From: Chara braunii
Lineage: Eukaryota > Plantae > Charophyceae
Length of the DNA: 64,000 nucleotides
Reading direction: 5' to 3'
Assembly: GCA_003427395.1 (NCBI GenBank)
Contig: BFEA01000015.1
Span: 5,080,665 to 5,144,664, forward strand
Position 1 is the first letter of the stretch. Each line of letters starts with the position of its first letter. Made by a program: the position numbers and the translations under genes. Shown piece by piece: positions 1-12,560 of this stretch. A model generated the notes under the pieces. It did no database searches. It worked only from the letters and a program-made list of their open reading frames with translations, and was not told where the DNA came from.

Positions 1-2245
1 AAAGGACGGGGGGGAGGCTGTGAAGGGGACGAAGAAATGAGACATAAGTTTGTAGGCCCAGGTATTTCCGTCCTGCCTCCAGTGTTTCCAGCATATCTGT
101 GAATCGTGGATATCTGCAATCGCTTTCATCGGTCCCAGCCACTCGTCCGAGAACTGGTTCCTTATTTCCTCTGTTTTCTGTGTCTTGGCATGAGGGGAGG
201 GGGTCGGGTTGTCGTCTATCAACTGTATTCGGTCTCGGAGGTGGTCCCAAGTTGCTTTCACCTAGGCTGTCAAGTAGTTTGTAATGTGTTCTTTGGCTTG
301 GGGGATCCCGAACGTGTGCTGGTTTCGTTCGAATGAGCAGCGGGCTTGCCAGGCTATCATCAGCAGCTCAAGTCTTGTGATTTAAACGAGGTTCCTTTGA
401 TAGGGGGACCAGTTTGGCGGGATGTCCTCCCGGTTCCCCAGGAGCAGCATCCTGGGTTGCCAGGGGAACTGGGAGCCTGTGAGGGCCGTCCACGCGGCAT
501 CCCACCATCTCCATATCTGGGAGGCCATGGGGCAGCCTAACAGGCAGTGCTCCAGGGTCGCTCAGGCAGGCTGGGAGGTCCTACAGCAGTAGCGGCATAT
601 AGATGAAAGGAGGCCTCGTTGTTTCAGGTTTGTTCTTATAACAAGCCAGTCGGGGGTGGGCAGACATCAATACAGGATCTGCCGCTGGAGTGCCCTCTGC
701 GCCGCCGACATTATATGAGTATATTGTGCCCAAGAAAAGTCGCTGAGGTCCTCCGGGGCGAGGATCGAATCCCTCCCCCCTCCGTCGAGCAGTTTCTATG
801 CACTCTGCGGTAACCATGTTTCATGGTATATTGCCCGATTTTGAGGGGTTTGGCTGGGAGTGGCTGTGTCCATTGCCACTCCAGCGGATCAAAGGGGAGA
901 GTGGCCAAGGGAGAGTCTGTCCGGAAGGCGGTGGACGTTCCATCGGTCTCTTCGAGTACTCGCACTCTGACCAGGCCAGACCAGGTGGAGTCGTGATCAG
1001 CTTCCTCATTTCTCCGTAACGGGGAACACTTTGCCCCCGGGTGGGATATGTTGTATGCTTCCAATCGAACCCGGTGGACGGACTTTTATGTTACCCGACC
1101 GACAACTGTCGACGAGCAGAGTTGTGTCCATTGGACCACCCAATCCCCATCTTGGGTGGTGGGCCCCTGCTTAAGCTGTTGTATCCAAGCCAGGGGGACG
1201 GCCTCCTGCAACTGACGCAACTTTTCAATCCTGTCCCTGATGTACTTAAGTTTGTCAGTCATTTGAACGTCAAATTTCCATATATCGGCCAGCATGTACA
1301 CCCCCTTGGCCACCCAACCACACCAGTGTGACCTGTTATCGAGGCGAAAGGGCTTCCCCTCGTGATCGCAGATGTTGGGGTTTCCGAAAAGTGGTTGTTT
1401 GATAATATCGTGCCAGCGAGTGGGCGGGGGAAGCCTGTCCGGGCCCATCTCCCGACACAACTTAACCATGCCCGGCCACTGCGGGTCATTTGCAATGTCT
1501 TTCTTGGCCCGCGCCCGCGGCGTCTGTGGATCGGGGGAAGTGGACACTCCGGGGACTGTCCAAGAGGGGTTGGTAAGCCATTGCAGCGCATGGACGGGAG
1601 CATCCGCGGGAGAGGGGGGGGGCAAATTCGACACCTGCAGTTCGACATACGGGCCCCACAGTATGTCATCGCCCATGAGCAGGCGAATCAAGATCTTGAA
1701 GGACAAAGCTTTTAACTGGTCCTGCGGTTCCAAAATGGTGAGTCCTCCGTTGGAGCGGGGTTGGGCTATGTAGTCCCACGCTACCCTGGGGAGGAACGAA
1801 GGGTCTTCATGGTCATTTTTCCAAACATAGGCCGCCGCCGCACGCTTTTAGTCTTTGACGAAGTTTAGGTTGTATCGGCCAGTAGGCAGCCTTGTTCCAC
1901 ATGGTAGAAAAAATGATCGTATTTAGCGCCAACGCTCTTCCGACGATGGAAGTATGCAGACCCTTCCAACTGGCCAGTCTCCTCATTGCCTCCTCGACCA
2001 ACGAAGCCCCGTGATCCGGCGAAGGGCCCATTGCCGTGAGCGTGACCCATAGGACCCGTATCGATTCCTCTCGATGTTTCCATGTAATGGCCGGTTCGGA
2101 CGGGGGAAGGCAATCCAAGGAGTGGAGCCACCAGCCCTCTATCTTGGACCCCCAGTTGACCACCATGTCCGACGCTGTTGAAAAGGTTTGTATGGTGTCC
2201 ACCAGGGCCTGAAGGGACGAGCGGACGCCTCTCATGAGCACCGCA
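1..2245 (-). mobile_element. Decayed, 5'-truncated non-LTR retrotransposon (L1/Tx1-like) ORF2: RT C-terminal part and downstream region; runs off the window start
   Basis: Minus ORF 1813-2241 reads 'LQALVDTIQTFSTASDMVVNWGSK' and 'LASWKGLHTSIVGRALALNTIIFS', the post-YADD F..aSG..vN..K and W....LS..GR motifs of L1-clade RTs. It continues through a W...aqP...GGL...QLKAL..K segment into ORF 1086-1733. Frameshifts and stops are present and the YADD itself is missing. Confidence 0.85.
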
Positions 2246-3425
2246 TGGATGTGATATGAGTGAGTGTGACTGTTGGCCTAAGCCAACGGATTAGGGAAGG
2301 AAAAAAAAAACAAAAAAAAAAGGAAAACAAACGAAAACGTAACCATCAAATGATGGATGCTGAAGTGGCAGGGCAACATGCTGTCCGTTTTCACAGGGCA
2401 CCACCAAAAGGTAAGTTTTTTTTTTATAGATTTTATTTTGTTTTTATATTCTTTTATTTTCTTTAGATGCCCCCCCCCCTTTTTTGCTCATACGAACCGT
2501 TTCAGCGTCCGTTCGCTTTGACAAACAGACCGGGATGGGTTTTTCATCGATGGATAAGCAATGCGTCGGTCGATAGGTGAGTCCCCAGCCCCGTGGCTGG
2601 CCTCATACTACTTCCATCGATAGGATGAACAAAATCAAATGTATCTACCACTAGAACATGGAAATATGCACTACTACATGAGAGAGTGTGTGTGTGTGTA
2701 GGACGAGCAAAATCGAATGAATCCACTGTTAAAACATGGAAATCTACACTACTATACTTGTGTAAGTGTGAGTGTTATTGTTCATTTTCGAATGGCGAAC
2801 AACCAACTCATAAAAAAAAAAAAAAAAACCTAACTACTTTGGGTTGCGCCATGTGACGCGCCCGCATTGCCCTGTTTTAACAGACGACAGTGCTGATTTT
2901 TTGGGATTTTTTTTTTTTATTATTCTCCCTCCCGTTTGAAATGCAACTAGCCTCGTAATTTCACAAGGCGCCGCATCCTTCCCCGTTCCAAGGGAAGATT
3001 CATTCTCGTTTTAAATATTTGATGAACCTTTGTTTTTACGCTCTTTTTTTTTTTTTTTTTTTTTTTTTTCATTTGATGAGCCACGAGACCCTGTGGAGAG
3101 GGCGTGTGGTAAGTTGTATTTTTTTTACAACCGGATTCGAATTTGGGTCTACGCTTTAGCAAACGATATGGCCTTGGGGCACCACGATTGGGCCTTCCTC
3201 GTTGGAAGGGTCAGAAATGACGTGAGTAGGGTTTTTCATTTTTTCTATATTTTCTTTCTTTTTTTCTTTCATTTTGTTTTGTTCCTTGGTGAGGAAAACG
3301 AGGCTTCTGATAAGGCTTCTGATAAGCAGCAGAGTGAGAGTGTGTGTATGTGCACCTGACCGCTTTTGGGGCCAGGTTCTCAGGTTGTGCAACAAACAAG
3401 CTAGCGAGCTGGCTCTGAGTCTAAC

Positions 3426-4144
3426 CATGTTTAGTGGAAGATGCATTCCTGAGGTTGAGCATCAGCAATAGCAGATCAACAAGGGGGGGGCTAGATACGA
3501 GCCCCCGTTGATGCACAAACATCAGAAAATGAGCTAGGTCTTTTTTCTGGTGGATGGACGTGGCCAGCTGAGTTGTGTAGGGCTGGTAGATGCACTTAAT
3601 CTCACTTGGAGATCAATAGCTCAGCCTGAGCTTGAACTTTTGGCTAAGGGATCAGGCTGCTACCACCACCTCCATCAACTATATAAGCAGGTCATTGCCC
3701 CAAGCTGCCTCAGAATTGTGAGGCAGTGACGCTGCTCATTTTCTAGGAAGCAAATGATGCATCTGCTGAGGGGAGAGGTTGTTGGAGTCTGAGAAGAAGA
3801 AGATGTTAAAGAAGGAGAAGTAGATGGTGGACTGCTTCAGGATGGCGTAGTGAACGATAAAGGTTCGCCAAGCGTTATGCTGCTGGAATCTTGGCTTGAC
3901 GGCCACCTTTTTTTTTAGGAGGAAGTGCTGCCATTTTTTTTTGGCACGACAGCAGCAGCACAGTGGGGAAATGTTGTCATTTTTTTTTGCACGACGGCAA
4001 CAACATTTTTACTTGGTTGGGAAAGACGGCTAATTGAGGCCCTACTTTTCAGACAACTTGTCATGCCTTTTATAACAAAATCCAAGGGTCATTTTAACCA
4101 AACTTGCCACCAAGCCATGGAGTAAAGACTATGGTTACTAACTG

Positions 4145-4179
<35 letters not shown>

Positions 4180-5110
4180 CTTCAAACCAGCAAGACAAAA
4201 GTGCACTTTCATATAAATTTTTAGCAAAGGAAATTTCAATGTTCCAAATGAGACCTAATTCGGTACACAACAACCTTGAACCAAAACAAAAACAGACAAA
4301 AAAAAAAAAAAACCCATACAATTTAATCCCCAAAACCTAATTTCAGTTTTGGACCTAATTTAGGAGTTGAAACTAGGCATCCCCATTAACCACGTGTCGG
4401 ATCAGCTTGAGATTGTAACGTAGATACGGGCGCAGTGATAGAAGGAAGTTTGGACTTACAGTTTGATTTGAAGGTCGTGGTACAATTGAGATTAAACATT
4501 GATCAGTGTGGAACGTGGGAACCGAGTGAAACTCATGTGTGAGAACAACTTCCTCGAGGATTATCTCATCGAGCTCTTTCAGGGGACCTGACTCTTGATT
4601 GGTTGGATGCTTGGAGAAGGGCGTGAACCATCATTCAATTGGAATGTGGCAATTGATGAAGTTGTGGGTCATGCGTCATCGACTCAAGCGACATTTATTT
4701 TTTTTGTTGGCATATTACTCGGTTTTCTTGCATGGGCCGCTTCAAACTTCACTCAAGGTCAGTTGATTGACTCATATTTTCTTCACACCTGTGTGAACCC
4801 ACACTTTGCTTGACCCTGTATGTTTTAAATGTTCGAAAGAGAAGGAAGAGGAAAGTTCTGTGACTCAGGCATGTGAATGGAAAAAATTGAGTTTGGGTAT
4901 AGGATTTTTGTCTGTATTTCTCCAACTTATTTGCTTCGGATTGGTGTGCAGGTAGGTGAAAGGATGCTTGCAAAGGAGTTTGATTGTGTCTACATTGGAT
5001 AATGACAAATATTGTCTTGTTTCTTCCCTTCACCTACCTACTTGTCAAAATGACCTGTTGTTTTAAAAAATATTAATTCAATGCGTGTCACAGAACGATT
5101 TCAATTCAAA
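3426..5110 (+). repeat. Partial copy A of the dispersed ~2-2.7 kb repeat family; diverged tandem duplicate of 5119-6669
   Basis: Colinear with 5119-6669 (e.g. ttgatgcac..acatcagaaaatgagc, cttcactcaaggtcagttgattgactc, cacacctgtgtgaaccca). 4010-4397 replaces 5740-5948 of copy B. Confidence 0.9.
4086..4397 (+). mobile_element. Short A-rich repeat inserted in copy A; homologous to ~36368-36750
   Basis: Both loci share tcattttaaccaaacttgcca, cagcaag(a/g)caaaagtg and ccc.(a/g)ttaacc; absent from copy B. Confidence 0.6.
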
Positions 5111-5118
5111 GAGGGGGT

Positions 5119-7780
5119 CAAGTTCAGGGGGAGATGGATTGCTAAGGTTGGGCCTCAACAATAGCATATCAACAAGGGAGGGGTTAAATACAACCACCCC
5201 TTGATGCACTAACATCAGAAAATGAGCCAGGTCCTTTTTCTGGTGGATGGACGTGGCCAGTTGAGCTGTGTAAGGTTGGTAGATGCCCTTAATCTCACTT
5301 GATCTCACTTGGAGATCAAGGGCTCAACCTGAGCTTGAATTTTTTGTTGAGGGCTCAGGATGCTACTACCACCTCCCTCAACTACATAAGCAAGTCACTG
5401 CCCCAAGCTGCCTCAAACTTGTGAGGCGGTGATGCTGGTCATTTGCTAGAAAGCAAATGATGCATCTACTGAGGGGAGAGGTTGTTGGAGTCTGAGAAGA
5501 AGAAGATGTTGAGAGAGGCTATGGTGGTCTGCAAATGAAGGAGAAGGAGATACTGGGCTGCTTCAGGACAATGTAGTGAACGACAAGGGTTTGTCAAGGG
5601 TTATGTTGCTTGAATCTTGACTTGGCGGCAACCTTTTTTTTTAGGAGGAACTACTGCCATTGTTTTTTGGCACAACAACCGCAACATTGTTAGTGGGGAA
5701 GTGCTGCCACTTTTTGGGGCATGACAGCAACAACAATTCTAGGAGGGGCGTGCTGCCTATTTTACGGCACGACAGCGGTAACATTTTGGTGACGTGGTAT
5801 TGGTGGTGTGGCCACCTAGGTATTGACACTTGCGACATTTGGCGTCGGAGGGCCGCTGTTATTTTTTGGAGGATCCACTCTGCGAGCAGTGTAGGTGTTC
5901 GGGACCATGTGGTGTGGCAGGCTACGTGAAACCATTTTGGGACTAGTTGGGATCAACTTGAGATTGGAAAGTAGATACGGACGTGGTGATGAAAGGAGGT
6001 TTGAACTTACAATTTGATTTTGAGGTTCTGCTACAATTTGAGATTGAACATTGATCTGTGTGGAACGTTGGAACCATGTGGAACTTGTATGTGAAAATAA
6101 CCTCATCGAGGATTATCTCATCGAGTTCTTTCAATGAACCTGACCCTTGATTGGTTCGGTGCTTGGAGAAGGGCATGAACCATCATTCTATTGGAAGGCG
6201 ACAACTGGTGAAGTTGTGGAGCATGCGTTTTGAACTCAAAAGATATTTATTTTTTCTATTGGCATATTACTCGGCTTTCTTGAGTGAGTCGCTTGAAGCT
6301 TCACTCAAGGTCAGTTGATTGACTCGCATTTCCTTCACACCTGTGTGAACCCATTCTTTGCTTGAGCCTTATTATTTTGAATGTTTGAAAGAAAGGGTAT
6401 GATAAAGTCGTATGAGTCATGCATGTGAATGGAAAGGTCTGACTTTGGGTGTGAGATTTTTTATTTTATTTTTCTCCAACTTGTTTACTTCGGATTGGTG
6501 TGCAGGTAGGTAAAAGGATGTTTGCAAAGGAGGTTGATTGTGTCTACATGTGTTGTTGACAAAAATTATCTCCTTTCTACCTTTCACGTGTCTGCTTGTC
6601 AAAATGACTCGTTATTTTGAAGAAGAAAAAAAAAAATCAGTGCGTGTCGTGAAACGATTTCGATTCAAATAAAGTAGAAAGTTAAATGGACTTAGCATTT
6701 TCCTAAGGTTAACCCTTTCTATCCCGAATGACCTTATCTACCTATACCTTTCCAAATGATTCTCATTCTCTATCTCCTTCAATTTTTTTTTTTTTCAAGT
6801 TACCTTGAACTTTGGACAAATTAGAATAACTGAAAGCTATTCGCAGTGGACACATTTCCTTTCTTTAGGGAGGATCTGAGACGGGGGTCGTTGCTTCAGG
6901 AGCCGACCTGTTATCGACCTAGAGTGGACCGTTCTACGGGAGGGTACAAGTCGATTCGGTGGAGACGACCCTTCTTAGATCCGAGTTTTGTGCTCGGGCG
7001 AGGAAGAGGAGTAACCTAGACCACATCTTAGAGGAAGAGACATGCAACACTTCGAGTAATGGACCTGATCAGGAATCATTTGCAAAGCAGTCTGTCATCC
7101 AAAAAAATTAGACATGTATGAAGATAAATATGTATGTCTAATCTTAGGTAGGCGGTTGGGTGGGATGAATGACTTTGGATGTGCATCTCATTAAGTGGAA
7201 ATTGAGACAGTCCGACAACCTTGCTTTTGATGTAATTATGTATGGTTATTACAACTTTCTTTTGAATGTGCGTCTAAGGGACTAGGATTAATATTTGGGT
7301 TTCACGCTTGGTTGAGACCGTCCTTGTCGACCGACGCCTGCTTCGTACTTAGGAGATCAATGCCATAAGGGACGAACGACGTAGGGGTCCACGTGGTGTT
7401 TAACCAAGCGTATCCTACTACAACGAACGAGCAAACGCCCTCGGATGACCTACCTCCGCAATTGCATGTAAAAACCTTGCAAGTGGGTCAGTAGCTCGGT
7501 AGGGATACGCCCCTAAGAGTGGTGACAACCCCTTAGGGAAGGCAAGTTATGCCCCGCGGGAACCCTTCCTATCGTAGAGGACCGCGGGAAGTGCAGTTGG
7601 CGGACCCGGTTACAGTGGCGAAGGGACGACGCGGCCGCACCCATCTCGGCGGTTCGCGAGGTTATTTTGCGTCATTCCTAAATTGTCTATTGTTTTGTTT
7701 TTGTTTAATTCCTGCGTGACATGGTCAGGAGGACTCCCGCACTTTGTAAAAAAAATGCGGGAGCCAATGCGCTCGACAAC
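5119..7780 (+). mobile_element. Copy B of an unclassified dispersed repeat with hairpin-rich 3' end
   Basis: Aligns to the reverse complements of ~15010-17010 and ~34122-35900; all three end in a hairpin followed by ATGCGCTCRAC. Confidence 0.85.
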
Positions 7781-8499
7781 GCAACCCCCTCCTCATTATC
7801 TACTTCGACACTGTAAAAAAAATCAACTGACTAGAAGTGGTGAAAAGTTAAAACAATGAAATGGTTTAAAAACACCCTCCTTCAACATATGTTAAGGTAA
7901 TTTGAAAGTATTAAAATCGGCCTAAGGCCAATTACGAAAGATTAAAAAAAAATAACCTTACTGGTCACCTAAACGGAAGATGAAAATCCTCAACTAGCTT
8001 CAGATGATGATAATTATGAAAGGGCAGAAAGTAATGCATCCTCATATAATTCATGGATCACTAATAAAGATCATGAAAGTCGTAAAAAAACTTAAATTTG
8101 TGAACATTATGACGAACATGAGAAAACTCGTAACACAATAAATAACAAAACTATTTTTTTTCCATATTGTTCAAGTTATTCAACACTCACTCTAGTTTAC
8201 ACTTTTCATATTCTTCATTAGAAGTCAATCAAATATATAAAGCATAATTTATGACCTTTCATGATTTTTATTACTTCACGTTGATTCAAAGTTTTCGCCT
8301 TTCTTCGAGAAGTCGCCGAATGAGATATTTCAAAATCATTCGAGATTTTTATTATTACAAATAAGATTATAATTTTTTCTTTATATGCTTTATTGACTTC
8401 TAATGGATAGCCTCACCTTGCCTTAGTAGATTATTAGGGGGTTGTTTTAATACCTTTAATAATCTTTCATCACTTTATTATAATTCATGATTTTCACCT

Positions 8500-9620
8500 A
8501 TAAACAACCTCTCTTACCACTTGTTAAAACAAGGTAAAAATTATGAACCAGCCAAAAATTATAAATACCCTAAAAGGTTGAAGTACAACTCTCTCGACCA
8601 CTTGTTAAGCTAATATGAAAACCTCGACATGACATGAAGTGAAAAAGATCATGAAGCATCTGAAAGCAACCCCCTGATCACTTATTGAAGCAAGTTGGAA
8701 ATTATGAAGAGTTGACCTCTCCCCCCACCCCACGCTGCCTCTTAAAGCACCAGTAAAACACACATCAACCCATGGGTGTCAACACGAAACCCCCACCGCT
8801 TCATAGACCATCAATTTTTTTTTATCACGGCTGTCCGCGCAATGCGACAGCTCCGAGTCGTGTTTATGGTAACAAAAACTTTATGCACGGCTGGGGCTAT
8901 GTACTAGCGGTTTAAGGTAATGTGAAAATCTTGAATCGACCAGACGTGATGAAGAACATAAAATGTATGAAAACGAATCCCCATCTATTCGTTTAGGCGA
9001 GGTTAAAATTATGAATGAACCTGAAGTGATGAAGATTATGAAGAGACCTAAAGTGAAGAAAACCATAAAATATATGAAACTAAGAAGACCATTAAATATA
9101 AAAAAAAAAACTTATGATCGCTTATTAAGACAATATGTAAATCATAAACCGACTTAAAGTGATAACGACAAAGAGAAATTTTAAATTAACCCATCGACCA
9201 ACTGTTAAGGTAAGGTGAAAGTATTGAGCCGATTTCAAGTAATAATTCTTCCAACTACCTGTTATGGTAAGATGAAAGTTATAAACCGACCTAAAATGGG
9301 TGGAAGTCTTACACCGATCAGGAGTGATAATAATCATAGAAAATATAAAAGCAACCTCTAACCACTTGTCTAGATAAGACAACAATCCTGAATCGACATG
9401 AAGTGATAAAGATCATGAACAATATAAAAACATCACCCTCGACCACTTGTTAAGTAAAGGTAAAAATTATGAATCAACCTACACAAACAAAGACAATGAA
9501 CAATTTGAAAACAACTATCCCAGCCACATATAAATGTGAGGATCAAAATCATCAATTTATCTGAAGTGATAATTAACATAAAAGTTTGAAAACAAACTTC
9601 CCTTACATAGTTTATTAACA
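8500..9620. repeat. Degenerate AT-rich satellite, unit ~80 bp
   Basis: Recurring core cgaccacttgttaa..aaggtaaaaattatgaa near 8515, 8596, 8675, 9195, 9360 and 9440. Confidence 0.65.
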
Positions 9621-9728
9621 ACTAATGGAGACGCTAAAAAACCTACGAAAATATATGAAGCTGTGAAATTTTGAACAACGTGAGAACGAACTTGCTATTA
9701 ATATTATAATGTTGTTTACACATTGAAT

Positions 9729-9970
9729 CTACGCTGCATAGAGTACACGTACGGGGACTTCCCGTACGAAACGTACAGGTTATTTATGTACGGGATCTGT
9801 ACGGGAACCTGTACGTCTTGTACGCCCCCGTACGAGAAAGCAAAAAAAAAACAAAAAAAACAAATCCGAAAAAAAACTATGTGATGCAACAACACAAAAC
9901 AAGCAACGTTTGGCTAAGCATCATCTTCAGATTCTTATTAGAATTTGAGGGGGGAAAAAAACAATACCGG

Positions 9971-10010
<40 letters not shown>

Positions 10011-10089
10011 CTCGTACGGGACCCCTAGCGTACGAGTACAAGAGTACGAGTCCGTACTCGTACGACGGTGCGTACAAGTGGCAACGTAG
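9729..10089. mobile_element. 361-bp MITE with perfect 8-bp TSD (hAT-like TSD length)
   Basis: TSD CATTGAAT at 9721-9728 and 10090-10097; TIR CTACGCTGC / GCAACGTAG; dense subterminal (C)GTAC(G) motifs at both ends. Confidence 0.85.
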
Positions 10090-10379
10090 CATTGAATGTA
10101 ATACAATGAGGGAACAACAATTATGAAGAGAAAACTTCAACTCTTCAAATAAGTCTTGAAAATTATAAATGGAAGCGTAATGTATTTATAATAATGAAAA
10201 AGAAATGACGGTCTACCATATATATTTTATGCAACATTACCAAACATCCATATAATTTATTTTTTTTAACGAAACATACATATAATATATGTACAGGGCT
10301 CGTACGAAATCATGTACTTCACCTTCTAAGTTTTTACACAAACGCCTAAAAAAAAAAGGTTACCCAATAACAAAAATAA

Positions 10380-10545
10380 AATAAAATTTGTTGAACATCA
10401 TCGACACATTTTTATTATAATGTGAAAAAAAAAAGTTACAACAAATTTACAACAATAGTAAAATAAAATTTGTTGAACATCATCGACACATTTTTATTAT
10501 AATGTGAAAAAAAAAAATGTTACAACAAATTTACAGCAATAGTAT
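10380..10545. repeat. ~79-bp tandem duplication
   Basis: ataaaatttgttgaacatcatcgacacatttttattataatgtgaaaa...ttacaacaaatttac occurs twice. Confidence 0.9.
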
Positions 10546-10599
10546 TATATATAGGTATTGCGGTTTTGGAGAGACAATAAAACGTTACTAGTCGTACCT

Positions 10600-11090
10600 A
10601 TTGTTGCAGTACCACATACACATACACACGAATCAGTTTGGCACAATCATCACACTGATTTGTGTATGCATGTCTATGTGTTTGTATGTGTGTGTTTGTG
10701 TGTGCGTGTGTTTGTGTGTGATGTTGCAACAGTGGCATCCGAACTGTAGTTGCAACAACAGTAGTCCGACCTTTGCATACACAAGTGTGTGTGTGTGTGC
10801 AACAGTAATATCCAATTTAACACAGTCATCAAACTTATTCATATGTGTGTATATGTGTGTGTGTGTGCGTCTGTATGTATATGTGTGTGTGTGTATGTGT
10901 GTATGTGCAACAATAACATCCGATATGACACGGTCATCAAACTAATTCACACGTGTGTGTGTGTGTATGCATGTGTACGTGTGTAAGAGATATGTTGCAG
11001 CACTGGCTAATCCGACTTGTAGCTGCAACAACAACAACCCAACCTCTGCACGTACAAATATATGTGTGTGTGTGTGGCTGCAACAAACTG
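10600..11090. repeat. (TG)n-rich compound repeats
   Basis: TG tracts alternate with repeated gcaaca(a/g)taa.atcc / gcaacaaca blocks. Confidence 0.75.
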
Positions 11091-12359
11091 TCACAAAGTT
11101 AACCAACACAAACACACCTTTGAAGTGAATGACAACACAAACGTTTTTTTCGTTCCAATGTGGGTTAACCTTCACGGGTATTCAACATCCTTCATGTTTA
11201 ATGCTCATTTTTCCTCTCATATACTTGGCGCACTATTTAACAAAGTTCATTAAGAAAAAAAGGCAACACGTCATGTTGGACTGAAGGAACACATGCAACA
11301 ACTGCCAATTGTCTTCGAGGCTCTAATTGAAGTGTACCTCAACGGCTGGTTTTTTAGGGGGCTCTTTTACATTATACCACTCCCCCAATTACGCTTTTTT
11401 ATGTTGTTTTCGGGGTTTTGGACTCCACAGAACTATCGAAGAGACCAAAGACAAAAAAAGTCTCACGACATCCGTAATGTACAAGGAATGTACAAAAATT
11501 AAAGTGTGAATCCATATTCATAAGGGTGTGTACATGATGCAACACACATTATATATATGATGAAAAATATACTTATTTTTTCTCACACTCTTTTCAATAA
11601 TTTAATTATCGTATATAAAGCCTGAGCCAACAAATAATTATAGATAGGCCGATAAAAAATCATTATCATACTAAATGTCGATTCACTTATTGATCAATCA
11701 ATTTGTTCATACTTGTTATACAAATTAAGTGGAAGTTTTAAAGAATATATTGAATGATTATCGTTCACTGTCGACGTAAAGCAAAGTAGCTAAACAACAC
11801 AATATCTTGTAAGTAGAAAAGAAAAGGTGCAAGATGAGCTATATACATGATACCTGATGTTTTCGCAGTTTTGAAAGGCGAAATTCGTCACAAACAGTTT
11901 CGTGAAAACAAAGCCTCTAGCGAGCTCTGTAAATGAATAGGATAATTTACTTGAAAAGTCAACAGTGTTTTGAACTTTAATACCTTACCCGTCAACGAAG
12001 TGTTACATTGAAAGTCAATTCTTCGCTGCAATCGTTTTGCGTGGGAGCCTCTATATATCCATAAATCATAAATCATAACTGAATAAATTCATAAATCATA
12101 GAACAACCGAATAAGAAAATCCCAAACGATACTCGGCGAAGTTCCTAGCATATATCCAGCTTCGCGCATACCTTAAGATGATAATGTGTCAAACGACTCC
12201 GTCGATATAAGCTCTTGGGAGTCATCAGTCTGTTATCCCCGGCGTACCTTTGATATCACTTTTGTACCCCCCGGATCACTATGGCCGACTTTCGTCTCTG
12301 TTCGACTTGTAGGTCTCACATTCAGGCAGATTTTCACCATTACGAGCCTTCCTCCGGAT

Positions 12360-12560
12360 AAGTTGTCCGCATAGCGAACATAGTGAATCCTTCTAAAATG
12401 ACTTTGGCGAGCCGACGAGCGCGAGGGCCGAAGGCGCATCTTGAAGGCTGCTCTCCGATCGCCGTCGGAAGTATGCGGTGACAACCTTACGGCTCGAAGA
12501 GCAAACACTTCATGCCTGAATCCCACGAAGGCGCGAAAGCGCGTAAGAATTTGACTGTCT
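12360..12560 (-). pseudogene. Group II intron maturase/RT fragment (organellar insertion-like)
   Basis: ORF 12233-12613 contains 'HFRRIHYVRYADNL', the RT5 YxRYADD signature of group II intron-encoded proteins; DNA-level homolog at 42960-43123. Confidence 0.7.

Noticed and set aside
7560-7635. HDV-like ribozyme, suggested by GGCGAAGGGAC resembling the HDV J4/2-P2 end
   Set aside because: I could not build a P1/P2/P3-L3/P1.1 topology consistent across copies B, C and D.
7268-7777. Group II intron (GTGCG start, ...CTCGAC end after a hairpin)
   Set aside because: GTGCG is not conserved in C or D, there is no recognisable domain V with an AGC triad, and no correctly placed bulged A.
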